Source: Amoeboaphelidium protococcarum X5 (lineage: Eukaryota; Fungi; Aphelidiomycota). Taken from it: a stretch of DNA of 64,000 bases. Under the pieces are notes generated by a model that was not told the origin of the DNA, made no database searches, and worked only from the letters and a program-made list of their open reading frames with translations. Below are positions 1 through 13,252 of the stretch, in pieces. A program made the translations under genes and the position numbers. Positions within the stretch are counted from its first letter, which is position 1, and each line of letters starts with the position of its first letter. Location: NCBI GenBank assembly GCA_023515725.1, contig JALDTO010000207.1, forward strand, positions 68,908 to 132,907, in the 5' to 3' direction.

Positions 1-1202
1 GACACGGGACATAAGGCATAATTCTAATCTGAGCAGAATTAAGATAGTTGCTGGTATTGCGGAGTCAAACTCACGTCACCACTGTCAACTAAATCGCATT
101 TATTAGCCAAAATGAGAACATTATTCTAATGTGACTTGCTTTAAAGTTGCCATGAATAGCCACTGTAATTCAGATTGTCAAAATACGCGTCCACTTCATG
201 TTTAAGAGTACGAAAATCACCGACTAAATCCTCTCTGGTGCAATCCAACATGTAAACCAGCAGTCTACATCTTTCAGCATGCTTCAGAAAATCCAATCCA
301 AGTCCTCTGCCTTTCGAAGCATCTTAAATAAGACCAGGTAGATCTGTAATCTTGAATTTACAATCCAGCTCAGGGATTTGAACAGAGCCTAATCGGGCTG
401 TCAGAGTTGTGAACGCGTAATCCCCAACACCTGACTTTATCCCGATACCATTCTCTTTCAACTTCATAGCTGGATTTCGACCTGGACACACGGCTTCCAT
501 GAAAGAGCTCTTTCCAGCATTAGGGAGTCCTATTAAGCCAACATCTCCAACCAACTTGGTCTCAAAGGCTAGATCAACAGATTGAATCTTTTCATTATCC
601 GACCATTACCTCCGTGCTAATATATCTGCAGACTCTTGACCTTTCGTTGCCCAGCTGAATGGATTGTGAATATTACTTTACTTTAATAACGTATTTACTA
701 ATTCAGGATGGGACTATAATTCCTATACCAACTACTAATTCTCTAGTCTATGGGAATTGGACGAATAATTGCCTCTACCACCGGTGCCTCCTCTAGCCAC
801 AACAAACTAAGCTCCACGCGGTACGAGTGGATGATTCGTGTCTATCCATATAGATTTCTGAGCATCGCTATTGTTTACCTCACGTATAAGTGTTCCCTTC
901 GGTACATTAATGATGGTGTCTTCACCACGTGCACCTTTGCCTCTAGTATGAGTACCTTTCCCTCCAACACCAGATTTAATGATTGAAAAGTGACTACCAA
1001 AGCGACTAGTGAGCATACGCAAATCAGACGCGTAGTTTTGACCATCACCACCCACAACATTCACAATTATATCACCACCACTATTACCATTACCACCATC
1101 AGGAGGTGCCATTCTCTGAAACGGCTGACGCGCAAAATGGACCGCTCCGTCGCCACCCTTGCCCGGTTTCAGGCGATACACAACTCGATAGAATTCTCTC
1201 AT
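1..1202 (-). CDS. Obg-family GTPase, probably mitochondrial (MTG2/GTPBP5-like); 3' end runs off the window
   Basis: Gly-rich Obg domain (GKGGDGAVHF, PPDGGNGNSGG), G1 GLIGLPNAGKSS, G2 YAFTT, G3 DLPGLI-[TAA]-DASKGRGLGLDFLKH, G4 ANKCD. ORFs 807..1202 and 324..554 join into one frame when TAR=Gln. Confidence 0.9.
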
Positions 1203-1270
1203 TGACTGGATTTTAAGACTGCGCAGTCACCTTAACAGAAAGAGATGCAACGCGTATATAACACATGAAT

Positions 1271-2483
1271 TCAAGTAATATTAAAATAGTACATCATTTC
1301 AAAAGAAAACACCTTAAAACATTTAAGCCATTGCTCTTTTCCTTTTTCCTCTTCCTGAAGGTCTCAAATATTATATAAACGTTACAGCCTCTCAGGGTCT
1401 TCCAAATTCAGTTTTGATTTAATGGCCCAATCAAGTTACTTTTTTTCCGCTCTAGCAATTTGCGCCATTTGTCTCACAACTGCAGTCTACGTTCTACCCA
1501 GCAATGGGGGAATTACTCTAGGATCTTTACCATTCCTCAACTGAAGTTATAGCTATAAACGTTGCTCATTTCAATAACCGTAATGATTAGGATGAGGATC
1601 CTATTCAATTTCTGGGTATATCTCATTGTACTCATTGGCGAATTCAAAAGCAGTTATAATCAGTAAAGGGTTGTCTTTTCGTCTTTATGCCAGAGGTATG
1701 TACTTTTTCTCTTATGATCCACTAACAACTAAGTTGACCTATTTAACAACTTGCAATTATAGAGAGGAATTAGCATCACGCGTACAATCGATTTCAATTA
1801 CATCACCACCATCCGTTAAATCGCAATCTTCATCATCATCACATTAATCACTACTGAAAGGCTCATCTTTAGCAGGAGTGGCGCGCATACTCTTTGGCGG
1901 TGTCGGAGGGAACACCGCTTTCTCAGATGTCTGACATTTTCATTCTCTACTTTATCCCATCCAGCTCAGTATCAGCAGTAATCTCTTTCTTCTGCCTCTT
2001 TCCAACAATAATCTGAGGAGTGTACAACGTAACTGCTCCATGATTACTTTCATCAGACTCAACACTTCGCTTCCGCTGGGGCGTTTGATTCTATTCCACG
2101 TCAACCTCTGAAGCAGATTTATTTGTATCCACAGACTTCTTCACCGGCTTAGATTCTGACTTGAGCAATGCTTGATGAGAGGGGGTGGAAGTAGCTTATT
2201 ATTATAAAACTGAGGTATTCTGACGCTAAGCCACAAAGGCTGAATACTCATCAACTAGCAGTCTTTTGAGCTAATTATATCTCTTGCCGCTCAGGTGCAA
2301 CTACAGATAATCCAAAACTCTCCCTTATCACTAAGAGTGGACATGATACGTAGCTTTAAGTATATAAAGATTCAATTATTAGCAATTCTTTACAAGATTG
2401 AAAGCTTTAAAAATACAGTTTAAAGTGAAAGTGATTTAAGGAGTGTCATATTAGTATGGTTGCTACGCTGATTGGCTGAACAT
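1271..2483 (-). pseudogene. Disrupted hypothetical gene with a C-terminal HTH/Myb-like segment
   Basis: ATG at 2483 and a possible intron 2301-2349 (GTATC..CTGTAG). The frame is open to a TGA at 1923-1925. A second frame continues (EKAVFPPTPPKS..HYGY*NEQRLQLQLQLRNGKDPRVIPPLLGRTQTAVVRQM..) with in-frame TGA at 1571-1573 and 1364-1366. Confidence 0.35.
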
Positions 2484-2671
2484 TTATCGGTCATTTATCT
2501 TGTGTGTCACACTAAGTTCATCAATGTTTACTACTTAAAATAGCTCTTCAATATGTCCACAACGTTTTATACATAGTTAATTATCAGACACTTGAATTTA
2601 ACATCGAAACGTTCTTCCGAGGCATCAACTACACGTAAGAACTGACACGACAATGTCCAATACTCTTTAAA

Positions 2672-2684
2672 ACGCGTGACGCGT
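2672..2684. promoter_or_regulatory. Tandem ACGCGT (MCB-like) elements in a divergent promoter
   Basis: ACGCGTGACGCGT lies between the divergent starts at 2483 and 2834. ACGCGT is the MBF site in yeasts. Confidence 0.4.
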
Positions 2685-2833
2685 CACTCCTGATTTCGTG
2701 TTGACAAGCGATTCATTACCGGTCTTCTTCCTACACTTGACTTACTCTTTATTGTCTGAATTATTCGAACAAATTAGTCTGATTATCTTATTCTTCTCAT
2801 AATTAGTATATATAATTGAGTGAAGACTTAATA

Positions 2834-5800
2834 ATGGCTGATGAAGAGTTTATTGATCCACTTGGGTAGACTGATGGCTCAGATTTGTTTGGTGACAATA
2901 TGGCTAGTACAGGAAATCAGGGAGGGAAATCATCATTTTTCGACGACACTGAAGACATGAGATCATTTGGTAGTCGTGGAAGGCTTGGAAGACGGTTTAA
3001 TAATAACGACACGCAAAGTGGTAGTACATAGTAGTTGTAAGAGGCCAATTCTGTTGATTAGATTTTCTCTGCTATAGATTAAAATGAACAGGATTACACA
3101 GAATCGACACCTTTTCTGTCATCATATCCGGATATCATAAAGCAGTAGGACGTAGAAGATGGTGACAATGATACTAATGGCAATAAGACTACGCGTCGTA
3201 AAAAAGATAAAGCTGTTAATTATGGTGGCGGTGGTAGACGGCCTTGGTACAGGAGAAAATGTTGTGCTGTTATCCTCTTGATCATTCTCCTGTTGATTGT
3301 CACCATGTCTCTAATCACTTGGTTTGTTATAATTCCCTCGGTGGCGTCATAGAAAATGCGTCTAGTTGGATTGAGAGTTAATAGTATTGTAATGTCAAAA
3401 CCACGTCCATCATCTGTGTCATTGCGAATGAACGTAACTCTTGAGGGCCTCGGCGCGGCGACACAACTTAGTCAGAAGATATTGAGCGAACGAACGTAGA
3501 TTTAGGTGAATTTTAATGGCACAGAAATAGGAAGAGTTCCGATGCCTGAACTCGCCATTGAGAAGGGTATGGAGACACTTGATTTGATCATTGATGAAGT
3601 TATGGAGGTGACTAATTCTGAGTGGTTGACAATAAATATTAAAGATGTTCTTGATAAAGAGGTTTTCTATTGGAATTTGAAGGCACCAAAGGGATTGCAT
3701 CTCAAGTTAGAAGGGGTACCTGTTCTGAATACAATATCAGTCGGTAATGTAGAGTTCAACAAGGATATCAAGTTGACTGGAATGTAAAAATTTTCAACCG
3801 ATGGCGGATTTAAAGTATTATCTCTGGAGATTCCTCGTAATCTCAATTGGGAAAAGGACGGTAATAAGTTACCACCTGCCAAGTATTAGGGATTAGAGCT
3901 GCAAGTTTAAATCTAGATTCCAAATCCATCGAGTATAACTATGCTTTTTCCTGACACCACGTTCTCTCTGTATTATAAGTCAACTAAGCACGAGAACTAT
4001 TTCATTCCGGTAGGGCTTCTATCTGCTTCAGCCGAGTTAATGGTAATCCGACCTAGTCCTGTGCAAAATAATATTACTCTCGTGGGTGGCCTAATTAGTT
4101 ATCAGACGCTCCCTGATGCTTTGAAGTATGGATATGGCGAAGCGTAATACAGGGAAGTGTTGAGCGAGTTCTTTACGCGTTATATCGGCGGTGAGAAGGT
4201 TGACCTGCAGACTCGTGGATTCTCATTTACCGATGAGTTTAATAGTTTACGCAACCATACCAAGCCGGATTTGCCTCCTGTTGATAGCGCAGGTTGGTTA
4301 CTCAATCCTCTATCTTAGATCAATTTGAACGTGACTTATCAGCATGACTCTGAGCGGAATGGTCGCACTAGTATCAATGGCATATAAGTAGACAAGTTGA
4401 ACTTTAAATTCCGGAAAGATTATCCCTTTAAACCTGTAACTGCTGGTACTATTCAGGCCCGTATGTTTGTGCCATATCTATTTGATCTCGATGTGGTTCA
4501 GGTGAAGTAGAGAGTTGAAATTTGGCGTTGTGTGTCTAGCTGCACTGATTTAGTTCTTATTGGATTGCTGGAGACTTAGTGGGAAGACTCCGAGTCGTCA
4601 GCAATTGAAACTGTCTATTCTGAGCTATAGGATGGCTCAACTCTCGCAATCGGCAAGAGTTATAATGTCATTATGTCTATCAACAATTCCACGATGGGTC
4701 GATCTGATAATACCATCTTACAAGTTTCTGCGTAGTCTAGAACGTATTATTAGTAATTCATCCGAGATCTACTAAAGTATGAATTCGTCGATGTCTTATT
4801 CAAAGGATCTGCTTCTGCTAATATAGATCTCGGTCTTGGCCTACCTCTGTATGTGATGGATCTACCAGTCGATCATAGTGTTCGCTTGCCAGGTATGGCC
4901 AATTTGGTAAGTGGAGGTGCAGATGGTATGAAAGTGGTGTAAAATCTGGAAGTTAAAAGTGTCGCTAGAGGTGGAGTGCTTGGATTCAGCATTGCCGGTG
5001 CTTATATGCGTCGATATCTCAATTGGACTATTGGAATTGAAATTGATGCTCCTATGCAGTTTGATATGTTTTACACTCCAAACTCTGATCCTACAAGTGG
5101 TAAACACGTATAGACGTTGCAGTAGTCATAGAGTTTATTGGATAAAGACTATTTAGTGGGTAAAGTTTCGATACCGTCGCTAAATCTTGGTGATACCGCA
5201 GATTGCTATCAACGAATATACGATCCTCTGGCTAATGAAACTATTGCAGTTGGAGATTCTGGAGTTGATTATTGCAGTGTCGTTGCGGATGGGGACTTTT
5301 AGCCTGTGGCTTCAGACAGAGATCAGGAAATATGTGATTAGAGAGGCACTTGTGTGTCGCGGGCCTTCTTTTCTGCATATACCACCAACTATGCTCTCCA
5401 TAGGAACACGTCTCGATTCGAGCCTACAGAGATTACGCTGAAGGCTGTCAGTCTTCCGCCTGATTTCGAGTTGGCTAAGTCTTTGATGTCGTTACCAAAA
5501 CTATAGCTGCCGGGATACCGCTCCAGTTATAATGCCACGAGTAGACCTCCATTTCCTCTGGTGCGGCGTATAGTCGTACAGCCTACAGGTAACATAATCA
5601 GCGGTAAATTGTCTTGCTGGCTGGATCTCTATAATCCTTTAAAGATTCCTCTCAGGTATCATTATCTTAACATCAAGACTTATTATGGCAATGTATAAAT
5701 TGGCTCATTGAACGTTAATCTCACTCAGTATGATCCATTCGAACATAAGAAAGGATACGAGTTTGCGGGATACCCGAATAGGCGCACGAATAAGAAGAAA

Positions 5801-6376
5801 GATCCATATGGACCTCATGCGTCCAGGTGGTGTATGAACTAGCAAGATTGCCAAGTTGGGCCGATTGATCTAGTTCCTAATGGCGTTGATGGACTCGATT
5901 GCACTGGTGGTTATCAGAACTTGTCAACTATAAGCAATCGAACTGAAGTTACTTTCTCTCTAAGTGTTCCAGGTGTAGCGTAATTCTGGAAGAGTTTGTG
6001 GGACCGGGATGGAGCCGCTGTGAATGTCACAATCAAAGGCCAAGTCTTGATTGGATTGAACTCGGTACCTTTTGTTGGAAAGCCGCGGTTAAATAATACA
6101 GATCCTCCATCGAAGAAGGAAACTGATGATGTTAAGCATGGCAGAATACCGGCTGATTTAGTTGATCCTTATTGGTTTGGCGTACAGGATTTTGAAAAGT
6201 CAAACACATTCGTCACTTGGCAAGATTTTGGTTAGTTTGAGACTCCATTAATAATGAGACGATTCATAAATGGTGGTAATGGGAGACCAGAGCCTCTAAA
6301 GTTCACTGTTCCGGGTTGTGATGAGTATTGATTCTGGATTGAGGAGCGTCCATCACCTGAAGTTGACGAAGCCTGA
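2834..6376 (+). CDS. Large (1180 aa) type II membrane protein with beta-rich luminal repeats (DUF3712/LEA_2, Tag1-like)
   Basis: One continuous frame with TAR=Gln, ending at TGA. Acidic disordered N-terminus, RRPWYRRKCC, one TM helix, then repeated NPS/NPL-type beta segments with many NxS/T sites. Absorbs ORFs 3506, 3941 and 5996. Confidence 0.7.
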
Positions 6377-6555
6377 ATAATAATAAATTGTTGAGTATAC
6401 CATCGTAGAAAGATTCTTCAGTGTGCTAAGTTCATATCTGCTTCTTGTGTTTTTGTTCCCTCCATCTTCAGACACTTTGGTTCCGGACTTTTCCGTTTGT
6501 CTGTTTGTTTCGTCTCCCATCGGCTCAAATCTTAATCGATCGCGTCGACAGTCGC

Positions 6556-6616
6556 GTTTCAGGTGAGGCTTTCACCGGATGGTTTTGAAACCGTTTCAGC
6601 GGCCTCGCACTATAAA
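6556..6616 (+). promoter_or_regulatory. TGAAAC-N-GTTTCA palindrome plus TATA box upstream of the small RLGGGKP gene
   Basis: GTTTCA at 6556, TGAAACCGTTTCA at 6586-6598, TATAAA at 6611-6616. Confidence 0.55.
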
Positions 6617-7090
6617 TTCAGATTCCCATCGGTTTCACTTCTGTTCTCTCTTTGTTTCGTTATCAACAATAACATTTGTCTAAACAATTGTTTGGAACTC
6701 TGGACTGTGTGTTCTCTTAACATGCAACTACTTTCTTCCGCTTGAGATGCTTCCGTCCCCTGATGCTGGTGCTGGACTTTCTTCTCCTTTATCAACTCTG
6801 AATCCTCCTCCTTGGTCCTCCGTCCTCTTCTTGATAACGTAGTGCTGTATCAGGTAGATATTGTGTTGGAAGTGATGTCCAGAACGTCTGCCCCTAAACC
6901 GAAGCGTGAAAAGTTTTTTCACAACGATTAAGGCGCCACTCTCATTAACTTCTGATCCTTGAATGATAGACATCAGCCACACGGCGTATACAATTAATAT
7001 TTCTTTGTTTCACTTCATTGATATATTTCTACATATTCCGTCTTTGAAGGCTCTGGTCTGCTGTTTGGATTCCTCTGTATTGATTTTAAC

Positions 7091-7577
7091 ATGGCTACCA
7101 TCTGGCTGCAAGTATGGCCTGCTGCTTGATGATGTTCCATTGTAGATGTTTTCTTGTAGGCGAGACTGGGTGGGGGTAAGCCACTAGGGCAGTCCGGTGG
7201 GCCGAATGTCTATTATCCTCTGGAACGGAGAGCAAAAGGTTGCTGGTAAGATTAGCAAAGTTGGTTGGTTCCTCGTCCCTGAAAGATTTGATCCCTTTCA
7301 CAGAGGCTCGTCGGGTTAGTGGTGGTAACGATGACTGGTGGATGGATGCCTGCCAGTTTGCAGTGAAGCTCTACGTCGTCGAGTTCGTGACGTCGAACCG
7401 CTTTGCTAATTCTGGAGCAAGTTTAACTCATCTAATACCTGGCACTAGGGCGAGCGGCTGTTGTATACGAGGCTGGGCGGGGGCAAGCCAGGTGGGCAGT
7501 CCGGGGGATTGAAGCAAACGACGCCCTAGTAGCATGTGGTATCTACTTGGGTCCTGACTGCGTCTCATTAAGATTGA
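7091..7577 (+). CDS. Small (~106 aa) protein with a duplicated RLGGGKPxGQSGG motif, 2 introns
   Basis: Introns 7112-7159 (GTATGG..TTGTAG) and 7246-7363 (GTAAGA..TTGCAG) give MATIWLQARLGGGKPLGQSGGPNVYYPLERRAKGCCEALRRRVRDVEPLCQFWSKF..LYTRLGGGKPGGQSGGLKQ..TWVLTASHQD*. Apart from the variable x codon, the two motif copies differ only at third codon positions. From memory it resembles a small conserved fungal protein family of unknown function. Confidence 0.75.
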
Positions 7578-8020
7578 CGTGTGAATGAGAGCGAGTCGCA
7601 CTTTGGTCTTGTTGGAGTTGACACTGATTCTTTTTGATTTCGCTTCTGCCAATGACGAGCTGATTGGTTTTGTTCCTCATGGTGCTTCTGGGAGGTGCAC
7701 GATTTGGGTCGCTGATGGCAGAGCGACACCAAGAGCCTCACTCTAATGATGTTGGCCACCTTGACGTGGTATTAGAGCTCCTGTTCTACAGGTCTAAGAG
7801 CCAACACTCTATTTAATGAATTTGATTTGAGTATAGTCTTTAATCTCTAGTTTAATGTATCTCTTTGGTTATTTTCTAACAGAGCATGGATTGCAAGATG
7901 GCGACATTAGATATAATGATAGGCGATCGATATGAATAGATTTAAGCCTGAGCATTGAATACAATCGAAAATACAATAAGAAAGTCTTTAATGATGACAA
8001 TAAGTAGCGAGTCATTCATT

Positions 8021-10207
8021 TCACACCGTTGCTTCATTGTAACAAATGTTGAGCATTTGGATTACATCAACCATTGACAATTGAACATCCAACATTTCCT
8101 GGGACTAGATAAGTGGACTCAATGGCTGCTGTAAACTGACAGGCGACGTTGCTGCACTACCACTGCCACTTGCACTACCAGCTTTTACCTCCTGTATCTG
8201 CTACTACCTTGCGCGTAATTCAATCGCTAAACTCTTATTATCAATATAGACACCAGCCTTAGTCAGTTGAGAAGTCAAACATTATAATCTTTCATGAAAG
8301 TAATGCATTCCGCGTATCAGGACTTGAACTGACACTTTGCCACTAACAGCGTTCATACATCTCAGCAAAACTTCAAGAGATCCTTCACCAGTCACCATGC
8401 CATATTATTAGTTAAGAGCTGCATAGAATGGAGACTCTCCCTCGATAATCTGGCGCCATATCCTATCATTAATTTCATCCAATGTGCCATTCACCTCATC
8501 CAAATCATACTGCTGTCTCATAACTTTCGGTTTCTGCAACGGGTACGTATGAATTATCAGCGGACGCACGTAAAAAGCAATAAACGCCAAAGCCATGTAG
8601 ATCTCACCATATACGGACTTCTAAGATCTAAATACAATCAGCTCCTTCCACAAAATCAGGACAGAATCCAAGTGTGGCTCTCTCAGTGACTGAGTAAATT
8701 TATCTCCAATAATCTCCACCTGTTCACATCTCAAATCTCTCTTGAACAGAAGCAGCAGAGACTTGAAAAACCAAAAGAAACTCTTTGAGCCATGTCTGTT
8801 ATTCTTCATCTTTTCTTCTAGAATATTTTTAGTGCCACTAGAGCTGGAAGACTACTAAGCATTACTAGAGTCTGAAGCATTGGTTTCATTATTGTTAGAT
8901 ACAGCGGATGTCTCCAATTCAGTCCAATCATCCTCAACATCCCTAGCAGTGATGGCCTCATCATCTTATGTTTATTCTCGCTGAGCAGAATCTGTGTAAC
9001 TTCGTTAAGCATTACTCTAATGGGCACGATTATCATTAGGATTGGATGTGCTAAACTTATCATGAGAGTCCAAGTCTGTCAAATGTTGGGCAAATACAGG
9101 ATCGAGCCACTTGATGCAATGGGATAGCATATTGAATCGAACATTCATACCACTCTAATTGGTGAGGTAATTAGAGAATATATCTCGCGTAAACAGCAGT
9201 TCTCTCACATTACTTTAATCTACTACTGAATTACCACCATCAGAAATAAACTTGACATCATGGCTCTGGGGACCAAACATGAATGATTCAATTAACGCAA
9301 AACATATAGCGAATTCAACATCATCATCATCACTCGGGATCTAATTGTATCTCTACTTGAGACTGTCAGTGTTTATGATACAAACGAGATACAGGAATGG
9401 ACTTAGAAGATCAGACATTCCCTAGACATATCCAACCTCAGGATGTCTCAAAGCCAGACTGAACAGAACCAAGCGCATCAATCTCAACCGAGGATTCGAC
9501 AGATAATTAGAAGAATCATCACATCGGTACATAGTAATACCTGCATCAGTTCTCACTATATCCTTGTCTATTCTATGCAATATCGTATCCAGTTCTGAAG
9601 GATCATTATTATTATTACCAACCTGCTCTGGAGACTTTATCATCCACTCAGATTCAACCTGATTACGCACAGTCAATACTGAATCCAAATATGATCGATT
9701 AACATCAAAATTAATTCTAAGACTTGATAGCAGTTCATCTAATAGTTACAGATAATCAATCTTTAGGTCCTCACTGCTTTATTATTCGTCACTTTCAATC
9801 TGATCAGTTGAACCATAACTCACATCAACTGGCGGCATATCAATATCTATGCGATACTATTCATATAGAAATCTTTACAACAGAGCCTCGGTCTCCCATT
9901 CGTATTACTTTTATCTCAGCTGAATATCTTCTTCATTAACAATAATATTCTATTACCTGTGTTAAGAGTACAGATCCCCAGCGGAAAACAGAGTATTATC
10001 ATCATTCTGTCTGGAACCACCTTGCAGACTATCTCTAGCCTTGTCAATGAAAGAGTCTGCCATATCCAACACTGACAATATCCGCTCTCCATCCCTCAGC
10101 TCTCTCTCCTGCACCACACGCTTCAATTATCCAATACCATTCTTGGCTCCATGCTCCACCATTGATAAAGCTTCATGCGTCTTACTAGCCAGCCAATCCA
10201 AATTCAT
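8021..10207 (-). CDS. TBC-domain Rab GTPase-activating protein (728 aa)
   Basis: IDKDIVRT (Arg finger) and GYV-[TAG]-GMSDLLSPF, the YxQGM Gln finger with TAG at the catalytic Gln. Also FFWFFKSLLLLFKR. Ends at TGA. Confidence 0.9.
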
Positions 10208-10655
10208 TATTTATAATAAAATCACTTAAAGTATCTCTAACTAATTATTACGAAAAGAGTGATGATATGATATGATATATTGATGATGATGCACGAGCCA
10301 AAGAAAAATAAAGTGTAGTTAAATGAAAGAGCCTACCTGCTTGGTCTAAGACACGGAAAGAAACGTTTGAGGTCCATCGGGAGAGAGCAGCGAAAGGGGA
10401 GGGAAAGAAAAAAGAGGCAGTCAACAAAGCAATGATGAGTGCCGAGACAACCGGCTCGACGTGGTCAGTCGCGCGCTGATTCAATCATTCACTCATACTA
10501 GCGTCACATTGCGAGACAAGATGGTGCAAGGCAACATGGATGCGGAACACGGTACACAAGAAGCTTAGTGCCGTTATGATCAGATTCAAACAATTGGGAA
10601 TAATAAACATAGTTTCAACATCTTCATCATTACATCAACACATAAGGACATGTTG

Positions 10656-11900
10656 TCAATCAACAGAAACGGCCTCGTCTTGACTGATCGCTGAAGAAGC
10701 AATTGAACGCGGTGCTCTCTTCATACTCGATGACTTGTCATTATTGCCATTAAACACTTTAAATAAATCACCACGTGGCTTTTATCGCTTAGCATTCTTA
10801 TTGCCGCTTTCATTCACTGGCATGGCCGCATAATTACCCGGTGCAGTCTAAGCTTCAGATTAAGAGTTGATCACTCCAGTCACAGTTTAGTATCGCGATA
10901 TAACAGGTGATCTACCGCTCTAAGAGACACCTGCACGCAACTCTATATCCCTTCCGCTATTTGTATTCAATTAATTTCCATTAAGATTGTTCTTGTTCTT
11001 GTTACTGTTACCATTCTAATCTTTATCGATACCATCCACTTTATCATTCTCACTCAACTATCTGCTGCCGGCATCATGATTTCCACCACTTTATTAGAAT
11101 GGAGACTGAGAGTAAAGACGGGAGTACTCTGAGATCTTATCCACAGTATTAGAACTGTATCGCTTCCAATTGAGGCTATTACTTTTACGTGAATTACTAG
11201 CAGAACTCATACTAGCATTAGGAGACTACTAACTCAATGCAGATGCAGATTATGGGGAATTGTATTGAGGGGACTCTTTATAATCCGGCAAAGATGGCGG
11301 GGAGGTGGAATACGTTCCATGATTAAAAATACCACTTGGCTTATTAGATTACATATTCAAAGTGCCACTACTCCCCGTCTTTATATTATTAACATCAAAA
11401 CCAGAAGGAGTTGAATGATCTGCAGTACTACTACCATTATCTTATTGACTATCGACAGTCTATTGCTATGATTATTAATCAGAATTATCACCGTCATCTT
11501 AAGAAGTTGAAGGACTCTTACGTCGTCGTTGATAAAATAAAGAAACTATGGTCACCACAAATCTAAAGGATACCATCCATAGAACCAAATTAAAAGCAAT
11601 CAATCCATACACGACTTCAGTGATAATCTAACGACCAGCTCGTACTTTGGATTAGATTCCATCGCTGATATAATTAAAAGATGACGTGATCATACGAATA
11701 GCCTTGTAATTATAATCAATAAACTTGGAAGCATAGGCAAACATGGTGGGAATGGTTCTAAATGCCAAGGTGTATGCCACAGAGCCCATAAACGACATGC
11801 AAAACACCAATACTGATATCCAAGTCAGAGCCGCATACACTGCATACTCTTACACAATCTCGAACAATGTTCGTCTTTCAACTCTAGTAGTAGCTTGCAT
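10656..11900 (-). CDS. Hypothetical membrane protein (414 aa): N-terminal hydrophobic helices, disordered S/N/Q-rich tail
   Basis: Open frame from ATG 11900 to TGA 10656 with TAR=Gln; contains ORF 11652..11840. Confidence 0.65.
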
Positions 11901-12163
11901 ATTCTTAATTATTACTGTTATTATTATCAGTATCAAATACTATCACAAAAACCAGAGATTAGTACAATATGCCACAACAAGCAGAGAGAAATTACAGAGG
12001 TGATTATGAATTGACCCTGAAAGAGAAAAGCTGAAAGAGAGAAACGAACGAAGCGAATCAACGCTGATTCTTTCAAGAGAAAACTGAACAATTACAGTAT
12101 TTAAATTCTGTTGCTCTGTGTTGTCAAAGTAGTGGTTTTAACTGGAAAATATATATTGATAAA

Positions 12164-13132
12164 ATGGAAGATGCAAAGAAGGCGGCCGCAGAAGCTGCTT
12201 TTCGCGGATAGATCTTACCGTTACTGAGTATTGATCATAAGGATGATAGTAAGAGTGATTAGGTGAAGAAGAGATAAATAGTTGTTGGAATAGGCTCTGG
12301 ATCTACAGTGCCGTATTTGGTTCCGCTGTTGGATAATCTGGCTGAATAGTTATAGTAAAAGTATCGCATAGTATGTATTCCAACATCTTATTAATCTCAA
12401 CAGCTGATTGCGTAATCTAAAAACTTGCAGCTCGGAACTCTGATGCAATACCCTTAAATTGATATCACTATTGATGGCGCTGATTAAGTGTTTATGATTT
12501 CGCGTAATGATGATTTTAATGATAAGAATAATATGTCTGATCATTATTTAGTATCAGATATTGCATGTATCAAGGGTGGTGGTGGATGTCTGCTTTAGGA
12601 GAAGATTGTGGCGTCAGCATCACGGAGATTTGTTCTGATTGCTGATGATAGAAAGCTATCTCCTGCTGGACTATGTTCATTTACATCTTCATGGTAAAAT
12701 GGGATACCCATTGAAGTTGTACCTGCTGCTGCTTAGATTGTTCTTGATCAGCTGCTTAAATCTCCTAGCGATAGTGTTAATAACAGTAATGAGTAACGTG
12801 TCATTGGTAGAGGCTTTCAATCTGGAGAAGAATCAGCGTATAGTACAAGGTCTCCATTTGTGGTTAAGTAGGCGGTATTGAGATCTGGATCTGGTAAAGC
12901 TGGGCCGGTTGTGACAGATTCCGGTAACTTCATAATCGATATAAAGATTGGATCAGCATTGGACTCTATTGAGAAAGCTAGATAGTTGGAATTGTATCTG
13001 CTCAGTATAATCGGTGTTGTTGAAGTTGGCCTATTTGTTTGTATGGCAAACTCTGTTTACATTGCGTCTACATCTACACCATCCTCATCATCATCCTAAA
13101 CTGATTCTAAAGTTACTCTATACCGCAAATGA
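12164..13132 (+). CDS. RKI1: Ribose-5-phosphate isomerase A
   Basis: VGIGSGSTV, CIPTSY, IDGAD-[TAA]-V, IKGGGGCLL-[TAG]-EKIVA, IPIEVVP, GKAGPVVTDSGNFIID, GVVEVGLF. Confidence 0.95.
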
Positions 13133-13252
13133 TCGAGTTTCTATAATGAACAAAGCTTTATACATGCAACAGATTTTTGCAGTAAATGTAAAATAAACAA
13201 AGTAAAATAAATCAAGATATATTTTCTCATTATGCCTTTAACAATTCACTTT

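Noticed and set aside
1422-1544. 40-aa hydrophobic plus-strand ORF
   Set aside because: It is antisense to a more convincing coding-like frame and has no independent support.
6891-6900. CCCCTAAACC as a telomerase RNA template, or the region as a snoRNA cluster
   Set aside because: No supporting pseudoknot or box architecture could be established, and the duplicated motif shows codon-position divergence.
6610-7759. Minus-strand ORFs (6610..6795, 6728..6982, 7095..7301, 7428..7652) as a degenerate gene or element
   Set aside because: They are broken by TGA and carry no motifs; the plus-strand spliced micro-gene explains the region.
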